From assembly GCA_963762565.1 (NCBI GenBank), contig CAVXLD010000011.1:128001-192000 (forward strand): DNA of 64,000 nt, read 5' to 3'. Source of the DNA: an uncultured Verrucomicrobiae bacterium. GTDB lineage: Bacteria > Verrucomicrobiota > Verrucomicrobiia > Chthoniobacterales > JAFAMB01. The notes beneath the pieces are model-generated. The model was not told the DNA's origin and did not search any database. It worked only from the letters and a program-made list of their open reading frames with translations. How positions within the stretch are numbered: position 1 is the first letter of the stretch; every line of letters starts with the position of its first letter. The position numbers and the translations under genes were made by a program. Positions 47,398 to 57,293 of the stretch are shown here, piece after piece.

Positions 47398-47594
47398 CGG
47401 CTCTGGCGGCTGCGTCGTCTTCGACCCGCTTTCGCGGTTGGTGCGGCCCCGCCCAGCCTGGCTAACCGAAGGGCAGCCTCCCGTTGGATTAGTGCTTCGA
47501 GGCCCATTTGGACAAGGCGCGTTTTTTCGCTGACGCCGGTGTACTCCCCAGCTTTTGCCACAAGATCATCGTCCAGAATGAGAGTCGTTCTCAT
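47394..47594 (-). CDS. vapB: VapB antitoxin
   Basis: MRTTLILDDDLVAKA...EKTRLV; ATGA overlap with vapC. Confidence 0.9.
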   Translation of the reverse strand: MRTTLILDDDLVAKAGEYTGVSEKTRLVQMGLEALIQREAALRLARLGGAAPTAKAGRRRRSRQSR

Positions 47595-47610
47595 GCATAT
47601 CAATATGCAT
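47593..47610. promoter_or_regulatory. vapBC operator ATGCATAT-CA-ATATGCAT
   Basis: Perfect 8-bp inverted repeat overlapping the vapB start. Confidence 0.75.
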
Positions 47611-47703
47611 GTCGAGTCTCTAAAAGTCCAATGCTCGGCATTCGCTGCCAATAACCGTTTCCGGGCTGGCGAGCGTAAACTTTCGATGGCAGTAGTAGCT
47701 TGA

Positions 47704-48318
47704 ATGTCACGACAGAGACGCAAGCCGCACCAAGGAAGAGGGCAAGTATCAATCGGTTATCTTTGTGCACTCTGTGTCTTGGTGATGAACTTAAATACAG
47801 CGATTGCCGCAGAACAATACACACTGGACGCGGCTCACTCGCAGTTAACATTTCGCGTCCGGCAATACGTATCAGTGGTAACCGGCAAATTCAGGGACTT
47901 CTCGGGAACCGTCGCTTTTGATTCCACCCAACCTGAACGGTCCAGAGTGGAAGCGACGATTTCGGTGAAGAGCATCGATACCGGGATTGAAGCTCGGGAT
48001 CATCATTTGCTGTCAGCCGATTTCTTTGACGCACAAAAATATCCCACGATCACTTTCAAAAGCACCTCCGTGCAATGGACTGGTGGACGAGTCGCCGATG
48101 TGCGTGGCGACTTAACAATGCACGGTCAGACGAGGCCGGTCACCATTCACGTTGAACTCCTCTCTCCGGCTAAGGGTGGCGATACTCTGTCTTGGGGAGT
48201 CACCGCTCACTTGAACCGGAGCGAATTCGGGCTGAAATGGAACCCGGTGATTGAAGCTACTAGCGGGATCAGCGATGAGATTGAGATCCGGATGACAATG
48301 GCCACGCCGGCCCGCTGA
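47704..48318 (+). CDS. YceI-family protein
   Basis: Signal peptide; YTLDAAHS, SIDTGIEARDHHL, FFDAQKYPTITF, GDLTMHG. Confidence 0.93.
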   Translation: MSRQRRKPHQGRGQVSIGYLCALCVLVMNLNTAIAAEQYTLDAAHSQLTFRVRQYVSVVTGKFRDFSGTVAFDSTQPERSRVEATISVKSIDTGIEARDHHLLSADFFDAQKYPTITFKSTSVQWTGGRVADVRGDLTMHGQTRPVTIHVELLSPAKGGDTLSWGVTAHLNRSEFGLKWNPVIEATSGISDEIEIRMTMATPAR

Positions 48319-48335
48319 CTACGGCCGGACGTTTT

Positions 48336-48443
48336 ACAGAAGATCACAAAGGACACAAAGACGGATTGGTCGAGAAAAGTCTTATTGGCTCGACCGAATG
48401 TCTATTTTAGAAATCTGTCTTTGTGACCTTTGCGATCTTCTGT
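48336..48443. repeat. Inverted pair of ACAGAAG 9-mer-periodic repeats
   Basis: ACAGAAGATCACAAAGGACACAAAGAC / GTCTTTGTGACCTTTGCGATCTTCTGT; the right arm lies inside the marR 3' end. Confidence 0.8.
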
Positions 48444-48907
48444 GAGATCGTTTTATGGGGGCCGGTAACGGCTAGGGTCTCTGCTCGCTTACCAACCTTT
48501 TTCAAACTGTTTTCGAGTTGTTGAAGTTCGTCTGCGGAAAGTTCGGCAAAGACTTTGGCAATATCGAGAACGTGCTTCTGAAAAACGGGTACGATGAGTT
48601 TCCGTCCGGCAGGAGTTAATGCCACGATTCGGACGCGGCGATCGTCAGAACTTTCCACCCGGCTAACCAAGCGCTTGTTGTAGAGACGATCGACCGCGAC
48701 GCTGATTGAACCGGGGTTGAGATTAACTTTTGGTCCGATGGTATTTACGGGCAAGGGTCCCTTGTGCAGGAGCACCTCCAGAACCCGAAAGTCCGAGTCT
48801 CCCAAACCAGTGTGCTCGATACTGGCGGCAGAATATTTCGCGATTGCGTGGAAAGCCTTCATCAGCACCAGCCAAACATGTGTGGTGTCCAGTGATCTCT
48901 TTTTCAT
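48407..48907 (-). CDS. MarR-family regulator
   Basis: SDFRVLEVLLHKGPL, SISVAVDRL, DDRRVRIVALT; start trimmed to MKKRS. Confidence 0.93.
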   Translation of the reverse strand: MKKRSLDTTHVWLVLMKAFHAIAKYSAASIEHTGLGDSDFRVLEVLLHKGPLPVNTIGPKVNLNPGSISVAVDRLYNKRLVSRVESSDDRRVRIVALTPAGRKLIVPVFQKHVLDIAKVFAELSADELQQLENSLKKVGKRAETLAVTGPHKTISQKIAKVTKTDF

Positions 48908-49025
48908 CAGCAGACGCAGATCCACTGGCACTATAGCAGCAATATCTCGGTAGCGATAGTGTTGACAACGATGAAAAATCAGAACGCGGACATCTACGAC
49001 GGTCTCCCGAAACGAAAGACAAAGA

Positions 49026-49139
49026 ACCTCGCGCAGAGAGCGCAAACAACGCGGAGGTAAAAAAGAAAGGCAATTGATCAAAAACAGGTATTCTCGGCTC
49101 TGATTTAGCTCTGCGTCCGCGGCGACCTTTGCGCGAGGC
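49026..49139. repeat. Degenerate inverted pair of CCTCGCGCAGAG repeats
   Basis: Same family as the flanks of the 35314 GxxExxY gene. Confidence 0.65.
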
Positions 49140-49162
49140 CTTTCCTAGCTGTTCCTAAGGCG

Positions 49163-50542
49163 CTACTTGGGAACACCGGAAAGGGATAACTCCGGCCTGG
49201 CCTCTTCTTTGATTCTGTCGGCGATTGCAGGATCCTCTAGAGCCTCAAGGGGTTTAAGCAGATGCCTCACATCAGTAAGCAGTTCGAACACGGCTATGTC
49301 TCGAGCGGCTAACCGACCCAACCCTTTCTGGAAATCGAGGCGTTCTTCTAAATCTTCCGGGCGTTCCCCGGTCGTATCCGGGTAGATAAAATCCGGAATC
49401 GCCGACATAGCCCAGGGATCGGCAATCAGGTTCTCCGCTTTGGTCAGAAAATCTAACTCCAATATTGAGAGTAAATCCGACCTCCCCAATAGATCAAATA
49501 GGAGACTAGCCTCTCGTGCGGCGATCGACATGCCTTGGCCGTATACCGGATTGAATCGACAGATGGCATCCCCGATTGGGAGGAGTCCGCAAGGGAAGTC
49601 TGGTACTTCTGCAAAATGCCGCCATCTGCTTTCAGGAAAAGAGTACGGCGCTATCTCGGTTAAACGTTTTGCGTTCTTGATCGCTTGATAGATCGTCGGG
49701 GTCCGCAGATTCAGAGCATAACTCAGAAACCCGTTATCACTGGTTGGGGGTATATCATTCCCTCTTCCGATCAGAACCACCTGGTAACTCTTATTTTCTG
49801 CAGGCATGATCAGTCCACCTCGATTTTCTGCAGGTGCATCCGGAAGGGTGTAAGCGACTTTGTAATTATCGTTAATATCGACATCGCGAAATAAAGCGCT
49901 GGCATAACGCATATTGACACCGATGCTGGTTTCCTCTGGCGGCCTCCGACCAGTCGCTTTTAAAAATTCCAGGGTCAACGAGCCATTTCCGGAAGCATCA
50001 ATGATCAGATCTGCTGGGAGCGTCTGTACGTTATTCTCAGGCGTCCGGTAACGAATTCCAATAGCAGCGCCCGTGTCGGAATGACCAACGACGTCGAGCA
50101 CTCGGTATCCACCTTGCACCCTTACGTTCGGCAGGAGTTCCACTCGTCGCCGCAATGTCAGCTCTGTCATCGGCCTCGACATAGAGTAGGTCTGCGGGCC
50201 AGTTTCAATCCTAGGCCAAGGATCTAGTCCCGCCATTTCAAAGAGTATGTCAAAGGTAGGGCAAAGCGGCACTGCTCCCGAATGCTCCAGGTCGTTGCCG
50301 AAGCCAGGGAAAAGATGCTCTAACGCCTTGAGACCGCCGGCTAACAGGCCGTGCGGGTGCTTACCTTGAGGAACTCCCGGCCGAGGAGTGGCGCCGTTCG
50401 GTAGTTCATCACGATCCAGAATCACTACCTGCCGGAATCGATCAGCCACCGCGCGAGCAGCGGATAGCCCTGCAATCCCGCTGCCAACGATAACGGCACG
50501 TTCACCAAGGTAATGATTTTTAAAAACTGTTTCTCGTTTCAT
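49163..50542 (-). CDS. FAD-dependent oxidoreductase/monooxygenase (epoxidase-like)
   Basis: GSGIAGL, RPGVPQGKHPH, DASG, GDAICRFNPVYGQGMS. Confidence 0.9.
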   Translation of the reverse strand: MKRETVFKNHYLGERAVIVGSGIAGLSAARAVADRFRQVVILDRDELPNGATPRPGVPQGKHPHGLLAGGLKALEHLFPGFGNDLEHSGAVPLCPTFDILFEMAGLDPWPRIETGPQTYSMSRPMTELTLRRRVELLPNVRVQGGYRVLDVVGHSDTGAAIGIRYRTPENNVQTLPADLIIDASGNGSLTLEFLKATGRRPPEETSIGVNMRYASALFRDVDINDNYKVAYTLPDAPAENRGGLIMPAENKSYQVVLIGRGNDIPPTSDNGFLSYALNLRTPTIYQAIKNAKRLTEIAPYSFPESRWRHFAEVPDFPCGLLPIGDAICRFNPVYGQGMSIAAREASLLFDLLGRSDLLSILELDFLTKAENLIADPWAMSAIPDFIYPDTTGERPEDLEERLDFQKGLGRLAARDIAVFELLTDVRHLLKPLEALEDPAIADRIKEEARPELSLSGVPK

Positions 50543-50694
50543 TTTACTTTTATTTGAGCTTGTTAACTTGGTCTTCACCCGTTGAGTGGTGACGAGGGGT
50601 AACAAACTTCACGGGCAGTCCGGAACCGCGGTCTTTGTCTGAACTGCCGCGGTTGATGGTTGTAGGAGGTCGACGCGCGGCCGTCGGCCGCGCC

Positions 50695-50852
50695 AATCGT
50701 TCTCGTCCTCGTCCTCGATGTACGTGCTTTTTGGGTCCCTGGCGTGGACTGCCCAAGACACCCGGTTAAGCGCGCTGATCTGCTGGAGTTATACGTTCCG
50801 GCTGGCCGGGGCGCTGCGCGGTTCCAAATCGAGGACGAGGACGAGAACGATT
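50695..50852. repeat. Perfect 25-bp inverted arms of TCGTCC hexamer repeats
   Basis: AATCGTTCTCGTCCTCGTCCTCGAT / ATCGAGGACGAGGACGAGAACGATT. Confidence 0.85.
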
Positions 50853-51046
50853 AGAGGCGCGAGCGGGACGACCCGCCATTGCCGCGAAGAGCGCCCTTCG
50901 CAAGCTTGACACGCCCAGGAAGCCGTAATAATACTACGCGAACGAGTTTGGGGGCAGAAGCCTGGCCCGCTCGTGTCCTCTCGGCGGCTGGGGAGGCCAA
51001 GGCAAAAATAAGCTCTTGTTCCACAATCTTGGAGAAAGCATCTACA

Positions 51047-52147
51047 ATGGCCAGAAAAACAAAACGCGAAGTCGACCCGCAGAGATACGCGTTATCCAGG
51101 CGTCGTTTCCTGCGCAATGCCGGCATCGGGGCGGCTAGCCTCCCATTCCTCGAGTCTCTTACTAACAGGGCGGACGCGGCGTCGTCCACCGCTACCAAAA
51201 ATCCGTGGCCCGACTACCCGGCTTACAAGTTTGCCTTCGTCTGTCACGTGACTGCCGACGTCTTCTTCAACGCCGTTCGAGCCGGGGCGAACGACATGTG
51301 TGCGCTTCTGGGCACCTCCTACACCTGGACCGGCTCCGAAAACGACATCATTCCCGAGATGGTAAATGCCTTTAGAGTTGCGATTACCAATAATGTTGAC
51401 GGAATCGCATGCGCTGTGGTTGACCCCAAGGCTTTTAACGCCGTGACGGATGAGGCGCTGGGCAAGGGAATTCCGGTAGTTGCTTACAACGCCGAAGCTC
51501 CTGCCGGCAGCGGCAGCCACGTAATGTCCTACATCGGCCAGGACCTCTTCCAGGCCGGAGTGGCGGTCGGCAAGCGCATTCTCACCTCCGTCAAGAAAGG
51601 CGACTTGGTCGGCGGTATGATCAGCGTACCGGGCTCGCTCAATGAACAACCGCGGATGGACGGCGCCGCGAGCGTGTTTAAGCCGGCTGGCGTCGATTTT
51701 GTGCAGGTGGGCGTTGGAGCCACAGAAGGACCGGCGCTCGCCTCGATCCAGGCCTGGTATCAAGGGCATCAGAACGTCAAATTCATGTTCTCTAGCGGTG
51801 GAAGTAACGGGGTCGCCGTCGCGAAGACCATCGAGAAATTGAACCTGGCGGCCAAGGGTATCGGGGGTGCAGCTTTCGACGTTGGCCTTCCCGTGTTGCA
51901 GAATATCGCGGCTGGCAACCTAGCCTTTACAGTCGACCAGCAGGCCTACCTGCAGGGCTCCATGTCGATCTACCAGCTGTTCCTCTACAACATCACTGGC
52001 GGACTGATCACGCCCACCGATTACAACACCGGCTTCAAGTATGTAACCAAGGACACCGTTGATGCCTATCTGCAGAATAAGGATTCTTGGGAAGGCTCAA
52101 GCCAGACGCCGGTCGTGTTCACCAGGCCAAAATCGATCAGCTTTTAG
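51047..52147 (+). CDS. Sugar ABC transporter substrate-binding protein, Tat-exported
   Basis: SRRRFL twin-arginine signal; GIPVVAYN, YIGQD, TVDQQAYLQG. Confidence 0.9.
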   Translation: MARKTKREVDPQRYALSRRRFLRNAGIGAASLPFLESLTNRADAASSTATKNPWPDYPAYKFAFVCHVTADVFFNAVRAGANDMCALLGTSYTWTGSENDIIPEMVNAFRVAITNNVDGIACAVVDPKAFNAVTDEALGKGIPVVAYNAEAPAGSGSHVMSYIGQDLFQAGVAVGKRILTSVKKGDLVGGMISVPGSLNEQPRMDGAASVFKPAGVDFVQVGVGATEGPALASIQAWYQGHQNVKFMFSSGGSNGVAVAKTIEKLNLAAKGIGGAAFDVGLPVLQNIAAGNLAFTVDQQAYLQGSMSIYQLFLYNITGGLITPTDYNTGFKYVTKDTVDAYLQNKDSWEGSSQTPVVFTRPKSISF

Positions 52148-52194
52148 TGTCCTGTCCCATTGAGGGTCGATTCGGTGCTGGGGTATCATAGGAT

Positions 52195-53277
52195 ATGAGG
52201 TCTAACACCCCAGCGCCCCAGGAGGTGAGCCGCGAGACATCCGCTTTGGTTATGCGGCGATTCATCGGCCAGCATCTGAGCGAGCTGGTTGGCGCCCTGG
52301 TAGCGATTGCCTTAGCGATCTTCTTCACGATTGAGTCGCCGCACTTCTTCACATCCGACAATGCGCTGGTGTTGTCCCAGTTCATCGCACCGTTCGCTAT
52401 TTTTGCGCTTGCCGAAGTGCCGGTCCTGATCCTGGGCGAGATCGATCTGTCTGTCGGACAGATGTACATCGCATCGCCCTTTTTCGTCACCTACTGGAAT
52501 AACGCCGGTGTCCCTGTCTTACCCAGCATCATCCTCGCGCTGTTGATGTGCTGTGGCCTCGGGTTGATCAACGGCCTGGTAACCGTCAAGCTTCGCGTAC
52601 CGTCGTTCATCGCCACTCTGGGAATGGCCTTCGCGCTCAGAGGCATAGTCCTTATCTATTCCAATGGGGCGCCGACGAACCCGGTCGGCTCGGGCACGCT
52701 AATGAACATCCTGGGTGGATGGGCCTGGTCCGAGGCCTTCTGGGCATTGGGCATCGCTATATTGCTCAACCTGATGCTGCGAGGCACGACCTTCGGCCTG
52801 CACATCGTCGCGGTGGGAGGAAACACAGAGTCCGCTAGAGAATCGGGAATCAGAGTGGACTACGTCAAGACTTGGTGCTTCGTGTTGTGCGCGCTGCTAG
52901 GAGGTGTGATCGGTATTTTAGATGGTTATCACCTTGGCAGTCTTGACCCTGCTACCGATGGTTTGACCTTCATGTTCTACGGCGTGACCTCTGCCGTGAT
53001 TGGCGGCACCGCGCTCACCGGAGGACGCGGTACTATGGTCGGCGCCTGCATCGGCGCGTGCGTGTTAGGTATGATCAAGGACGGGTTCCTTATCCTGGGC
53101 ACTAGTTCCTTCGCGCTCGACTTGGTCACCGGCCTGACAATCCTGGCCGCGATGATCCTCAACGTTCAGATCGAGCAGGCAACTTCCATTCGAAGGCCGC
53201 GCGGGTCGTTCGCCCACGCCGTGAGCTTGATCTTCTCGATCTTCCCGAGACGCAGAAAAGAAAGGGTCCGTTCATGA
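52195..53277 (+). CDS. Sugar ABC transporter permease (RbsC-like)
   Basis: GEIDLSVG, VPSFIATLG, GGNTESARESGI, AVIGGTALTGGRG. Confidence 0.93.
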   Translation: MRSNTPAPQEVSRETSALVMRRFIGQHLSELVGALVAIALAIFFTIESPHFFTSDNALVLSQFIAPFAIFALAEVPVLILGEIDLSVGQMYIASPFFVTYWNNAGVPVLPSIILALLMCCGLGLINGLVTVKLRVPSFIATLGMAFALRGIVLIYSNGAPTNPVGSGTLMNILGGWAWSEAFWALGIAILLNLMLRGTTFGLHIVAVGGNTESARESGIRVDYVKTWCFVLCALLGGVIGILDGYHLGSLDPATDGLTFMFYGVTSAVIGGTALTGGRGTMVGACIGACVLGMIKDGFLILGTSSFALDLVTGLTILAAMILNVQIEQATSIRRPRGSFAHAVSLIFSIFPRRRKERVRS

Positions 53278-54098
53278 CGCCAAACGGAGGAACCGATGGA
53301 CCGGCTGGCGGTTTGGACGTTTTGCGGACCGAGCAGATTTCGATGAGCTTCGGCCCCGTGGTCGCGTTGCGGGGTGTAGACTTGCATCTACGGCGTGGCG
53401 AGGTTCTCGGGCTGGTCGGCGACAATGGCGCCGGTAAGTCGACGCTGGTCAAGATCTTGACGGGCCTGTATCGGCCGGACGGTGGCCGTATCTATCTGGA
53501 CGGCGAAGAGGTCGGGTTCCGTTCTGTGCAGCACGCACGCCAGCACGGCATCGAGACGGTGTTTCAAGATCTGGCCCTCGTCGATGAGCTGAGCGTTTAT
53601 CATAATCTATTTCTCAACCGCGAACACACGTTCGGCGGCTGGTTCCGGTTTCTCAGAAACCGGGCGATGCGCGCCGCCGCCAGGCGGTTTCTGGACGACA
53701 TCGGGATAGACATTCCTTCCGTCGACACACCCGTGGCGAAACTGTCCGGGGGCCAACGACAAGCCATCGCCGTCGCTCGCGCGGTCCGCCAGAAGAACAT
53801 CAAGATCCTGCTGCTCGATGAGCCGCTGGCGGCAATGGGAGCGAAGGAAACATCCCTAATCATTGGACTGATCAAGAGTCTGTCCAAGAAGGCGAACATC
53901 TCGATCATCGTCATAGACCATAACTACACCCATCTCTTCGAGATCTGTGATCGCATTAACGTGATCCAGCACGGTCAGGTAACGCTGGACAAGAGTCTAA
54001 CCGAGATCAAACTTCAGGAGCTCGTCGATTTCATGGTGCAGGGCTTCCGACGAGATGTAGCCACAGGAGCTTACGAAACGACTCCCGGGAAGCGTTAA
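53274..54098 (+). CDS. Sugar ABC transporter ATP-binding protein (single domain)
   Basis: GDNGAGKS, LSGGQRQ, LLLDEP. Confidence 0.94.
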   Translation: MTPNGGTDGPAGGLDVLRTEQISMSFGPVVALRGVDLHLRRGEVLGLVGDNGAGKSTLVKILTGLYRPDGGRIYLDGEEVGFRSVQHARQHGIETVFQDLALVDELSVYHNLFLNREHTFGGWFRFLRNRAMRAAARRFLDDIGIDIPSVDTPVAKLSGGQRQAIAVARAVRQKNIKILLLDEPLAAMGAKETSLIIGLIKSLSKKANISIIVIDHNYTHLFEICDRINVIQHGQVTLDKSLTEIKLQELVDFMVQGFRRDVATGAYETTPGKR

Positions 54099-54445
54099 GG
54101 GAGCCGACGCGCAAATGAAAGCTCGTGGCCGTCAGGATCGCGCATATGAAAGTAGCGCTCGCCCCATAACGCATCGTGTGGGCTGTTTGGATGAAAGCCG
54201 TTTTCCGTGAGATGCGCCCAGAAACGGTCAACGTCAGAAACGTGAAAAATCAATCGTCCCCACTGGATATCAGCCTGGCCGTGTTCGAGGTTTAGAATCG
54301 TGTCGCTATCTTTTGTGCGAAGCGATGTGAAATCTGAGGCTTCGCCACCGTAGATGATCTCCAGGCCCAAGACTTCTCTGTAGAAGCGAACGGAGGCCTG
54401 CATGTTCGCAACCCGAAGGGTAATGGCAGAAATCTTCTCAACCAT
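54095..54445 (-). CDS. VOC/glyoxalase family protein
   Basis: SVRFYREVLGL, WGERYFHMRDPDGHEL. Confidence 0.9.
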   Translation of the reverse strand: MVEKISAITLRVANMQASVRFYREVLGLEIIYGGEASDFTSLRTKDSDTILNLEHGQADIQWGRLIFHVSDVDRFWAHLTENGFHPNSPHDALWGERYFHMRDPDGHELSFARRLP

Positions 54446-54680
54446 AGATAGGTCGCTTTTAACCGTAGCATATCGGGATAGGCTGCTGAAGTATCTCGGG
54501 AAAAGCAGGCCGCCAGGCGAGAACTCCGATCCGTCAAAAATTGACGCAGAATTAGCATTTCAACGCAGTCTGGACCGGTTGGACTGCTAGCCTCAGACAT
54601 CCGGGTGCCACGGCGGTGATAACTCTATTAGCTTTGTTTTCCGGAGTGGCGCCAATTCCGTGAATGGCGGGGTGCAATTT

Positions 54681-54805
54681 GGGGAGGGCGCGCGTCCCCG
54701 CGCGCCGCGAGGACGGGCCACCACCCAGCGGCGTATTTTTGTCCGCGATCAAAACACGTCCCCGGTTTCGGTCACAAACGGATCGCGAGGACGCGATCCC
54801 TCCCC
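54681..54805. repeat. Family-B paired REP element, copy 4 (solo arm also at 30893-30922)
   Basis: Same asymmetric arms as the other copies. Confidence 0.85.
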
Positions 54806-54815
54806 GCGAAGTACC

Positions 54816-55571
54816 TCAAGCGTTTGTGCCGCCATCAACGGTGAGGTTAGCACCGTTAACGTAGGACGACTCCGGACCAGCAACGAACGCAACCAATGCC
54901 GCGACCTCGTCGGCATGTCCATACCGGTCAAGCGGGACAACTGCTTTTTGGGGTGAGGCCCAATCTCCTGCGGCTGGGTTTAGATCGGTATCGATTGGTC
55001 CTGGTTGGACGTTGTTGACCGTAATACCTCGGGCTCCGAGTTCGCGGGCCAATCCTTGGGTGAACATCTTGACGGCTCCCTTGGTCGCAGAGTAGGGGGC
55101 CATGCCGGGAATCAATACCCGCTCGCCCAAGCAAGAGCCGATGGTAATAATACGTCCTCCATTTTTCATGTGTTTCAGCGCCGCCTGCGTCGCAACAAAC
55201 ACGCCTCGGACGTTTACCGCAAAGAGACGATCGAAATCAGCCAGGGTCGTATCTTCCACGGAGTTCGGAATGGCGGTGCCGGCATTGTTCACGAGCACAT
55301 CAAGCCGGCCAAAGGTTGTGGCGGTCTGGTCCACAGCGCTTCTGACGGCATCAGCGTCCGCGGCATCGGCCTGAATCGCGATCGCCTTGCCGCCGGCGCT
55401 TTCGATGGCCTTCACGACCGAAACAGCCGCGTCCGCTCCTTTGGTATAAGTGATAGCGACGCTCGCTCCGTCTGCGGCCAACCGTTTAGCGATCGCCGCG
55501 CCTATCCCGCGGGAGCCACCCGTAACCAACGCCACCTTGCCTTCCAGTTTTTCCGAGTTGTTCTTACTCAT
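54816..55571 (-). CDS. SDR oxidoreductase (3-oxoacyl-ACP-reductase-like)
   Basis: TGGSRGIG, NNAG, YSATK, QPGPIDT. Confidence 0.93.
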   Translation of the reverse strand: MSKNNSEKLEGKVALVTGGSRGIGAAIAKRLAADGASVAITYTKGADAAVSVVKAIESAGGKAIAIQADAADADAVRSAVDQTATTFGRLDVLVNNAGTAIPNSVEDTTLADFDRLFAVNVRGVFVATQAALKHMKNGGRIITIGSCLGERVLIPGMAPYSATKGAVKMFTQGLARELGARGITVNNVQPGPIDTDLNPAAGDWASPQKAVVPLDRYGHADEVAALVAFVAGPESSYVNGANLTVDGGTNA

Positions 55572-55603
55572 TTGTCTTCGCTTTCTGTTGATGTTTCCGT
55601 GTG

Positions 55604-56731
55604 TTAAGTTGTTAGTGACGAATCACCTGTCACTGCTAACCAGCGGGGATAGTCGGTATAGCCCTTGGGGCCGGCTGCATAGACCGTCGGCCAATTGATT
55701 TCGTTGAGTGGCGCGCTAGCCAAAAAACGTTCCGGTAAATCAGGATTAGCAATGTAGGGCCGGCCGAACGCAACGGAGTCCACGAGCCCGGCTGCAATCA
55801 AGTTGTTAGCACGCTCCTGGGTCATCTCAACGTTAACAATGAAATGCCCGTGATAACGGGCGCGAAAGTGCCGGAACATGCCGTCGCCGGCGAGATCTTC
55901 CAACGGTGTGCCCCTGAAGTCCGTAGTGGCTCCCATCATGAGCAAGTGGGCGAGGCCGTAGTCGTTCAATGTCTCGATCACGTACTCCATGTCCGGCAAA
56001 GTGTCCGGATTGGCAAGGAACGGACCTGATATGTTCATTGGACCGATCTTTATACCGACACGGCCGGACTCGACGTAGTCAAGTACCGTTTCAACGATCT
56101 CGAACAGGAAGCGGGCGCGGTTTGTGGTAGAGCCTCCATACTCGTCAGTTCGTTGGTTAGTCGCACTATTCAGGAACTGAGCGATCAGATAGAGGTAGTT
56201 AGCTTGGATCTGTACGCCGTCGAAGCCGGCCTCCATGGCATTCTTTGCTGCTGTCCCGAAGTCGGCAACCGTCTGGCGAATCTCTGCCTTGCTCATCGGG
56301 CGAGGAACCACGGTTGGTCTTCTGCCGGAAGGAGTGACGCTCTCTTGTTCTGGATTCACAGCAGAGGCAGACATGGGCAAGGCGCCATCGAAGAAGTCCG
56401 GGTGCGACATGGCGCCGGTGTGCCAGAGTTGGGCGTACATCAAACCGCCCTTTTGGTGAACAGCTTCGGTCACCCGGCGCCATCCTTCTATTTGTTCTTT
56501 GCTCCAGAGGCCGGGAGTGTCAGCCCAGCCATAGGCGTCGGGGCTGATCTCGGTACATTCGCCGATGATGAGCCCAGCAGACGCTCGTTGCGAATAATAC
56601 TCGACGTGGAGCTCGGTTGGCGCGTGTGCCGGGTTCGACGCGCGCATCCTGGTAAGCGGCGCCATAACAATCCGATTCCGCAGTTCCAATGCGCCCATCC
56701 GCACCGGAGTGAATAGCGGCTGCAGCTTCAT
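55604..56731 (-). CDS. Old-yellow-enzyme / alkene reductase (NemA-like)
   Basis: NRIVMAPLTRMRA, YYSQRASAGL, QLWHTG, TDEYGGS, FGRPYIANPDL, GYTDYP. Confidence 0.92.
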   Translation of the reverse strand: MKLQPLFTPVRMGALELRNRIVMAPLTRMRASNPAHAPTELHVEYYSQRASAGLIIGECTEISPDAYGWADTPGLWSKEQIEGWRRVTEAVHQKGGLMYAQLWHTGAMSHPDFFDGALPMSASAVNPEQESVTPSGRRPTVVPRPMSKAEIRQTVADFGTAAKNAMEAGFDGVQIQANYLYLIAQFLNSATNQRTDEYGGSTTNRARFLFEIVETVLDYVESGRVGIKIGPMNISGPFLANPDTLPDMEYVIETLNDYGLAHLLMMGATTDFRGTPLEDLAGDGMFRHFRARYHGHFIVNVEMTQERANNLIAAGLVDSVAFGRPYIANPDLPERFLASAPLNEINWPTVYAAGPKGYTDYPRWLAVTGDSSLTT

Positions 56732-57141
56732 GCTTTTTCGTAGGTCGGGAAGCTGCTGCCAAACATTGGCTTTCCGCTCTTTGACTGTTCCTGCGTTGCC
56801 TCATCCTGAATCACGTCCCAATGCTCGACCAGAATGCCGTTCTCGATTCTGAGAATGTCGGCGGCGATCCAATTGACCGGCAGACCGAACCCGGAGAACC
56901 GACCGTGGGCGATGACAAAATCACCGTTAGCCACAATCAAGCCCGGCTCATACTTCAGTGTTGGTGGGCTGCTTTTGACTAGGTCAAACAATCCTTCGCG
57001 GCCAGGGGCGATATGTGCGCTGTGCTGAATATAGTCGGGTGACCAATAACGCTCAGCCGCGACATAGTTGCGCTGGTTGAAGAGTGTATCAAATGCCTCA
57101 AGGACTAGTGCTTTGTTCGTGTCTTCTTTCGATTGATTCAT
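56728..57141 (-). CDS. SnoaL/NTF2-like protein
   Basis: NKALVLEAF, YIQHS, EHWDVIQ. Confidence 0.9.
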   Translation of the reverse strand: MNQSKEDTNKALVLEAFDTLFNQRNYVAAERYWSPDYIQHSAHIAPGREGLFDLVKSSPPTLKYEPGLIVANGDFVIAHGRFSGFGLPVNWIAADILRIENGILVEHWDVIQDEATQEQSKSGKPMFGSSFPTYEKA

Positions 57142-57259
57142 AGAAGGAATACTCCAGGGATAGGTGGTTAGTTAAGGACGAGCGTGCTCGTCGGTAGAGC
57201 CGGTGTTAATGGTTAGCCGAAGGTCTGCCAGACTCCGCTCCCAGCGTTGACGGCCCTGT

Positions 57260-57279
57260 CGCTCCGGCAGCTGCCGGAG
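57260..57279. repeat. Perfect 20-bp palindrome, possible terminator or REP
   Basis: GCTCCGGCAGCTGCCGGAGC just downstream of the FUSC gene; no clear U-tract. Confidence 0.45.
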
Positions 57280-57293
57280 CGCTGCCGGCGTTG

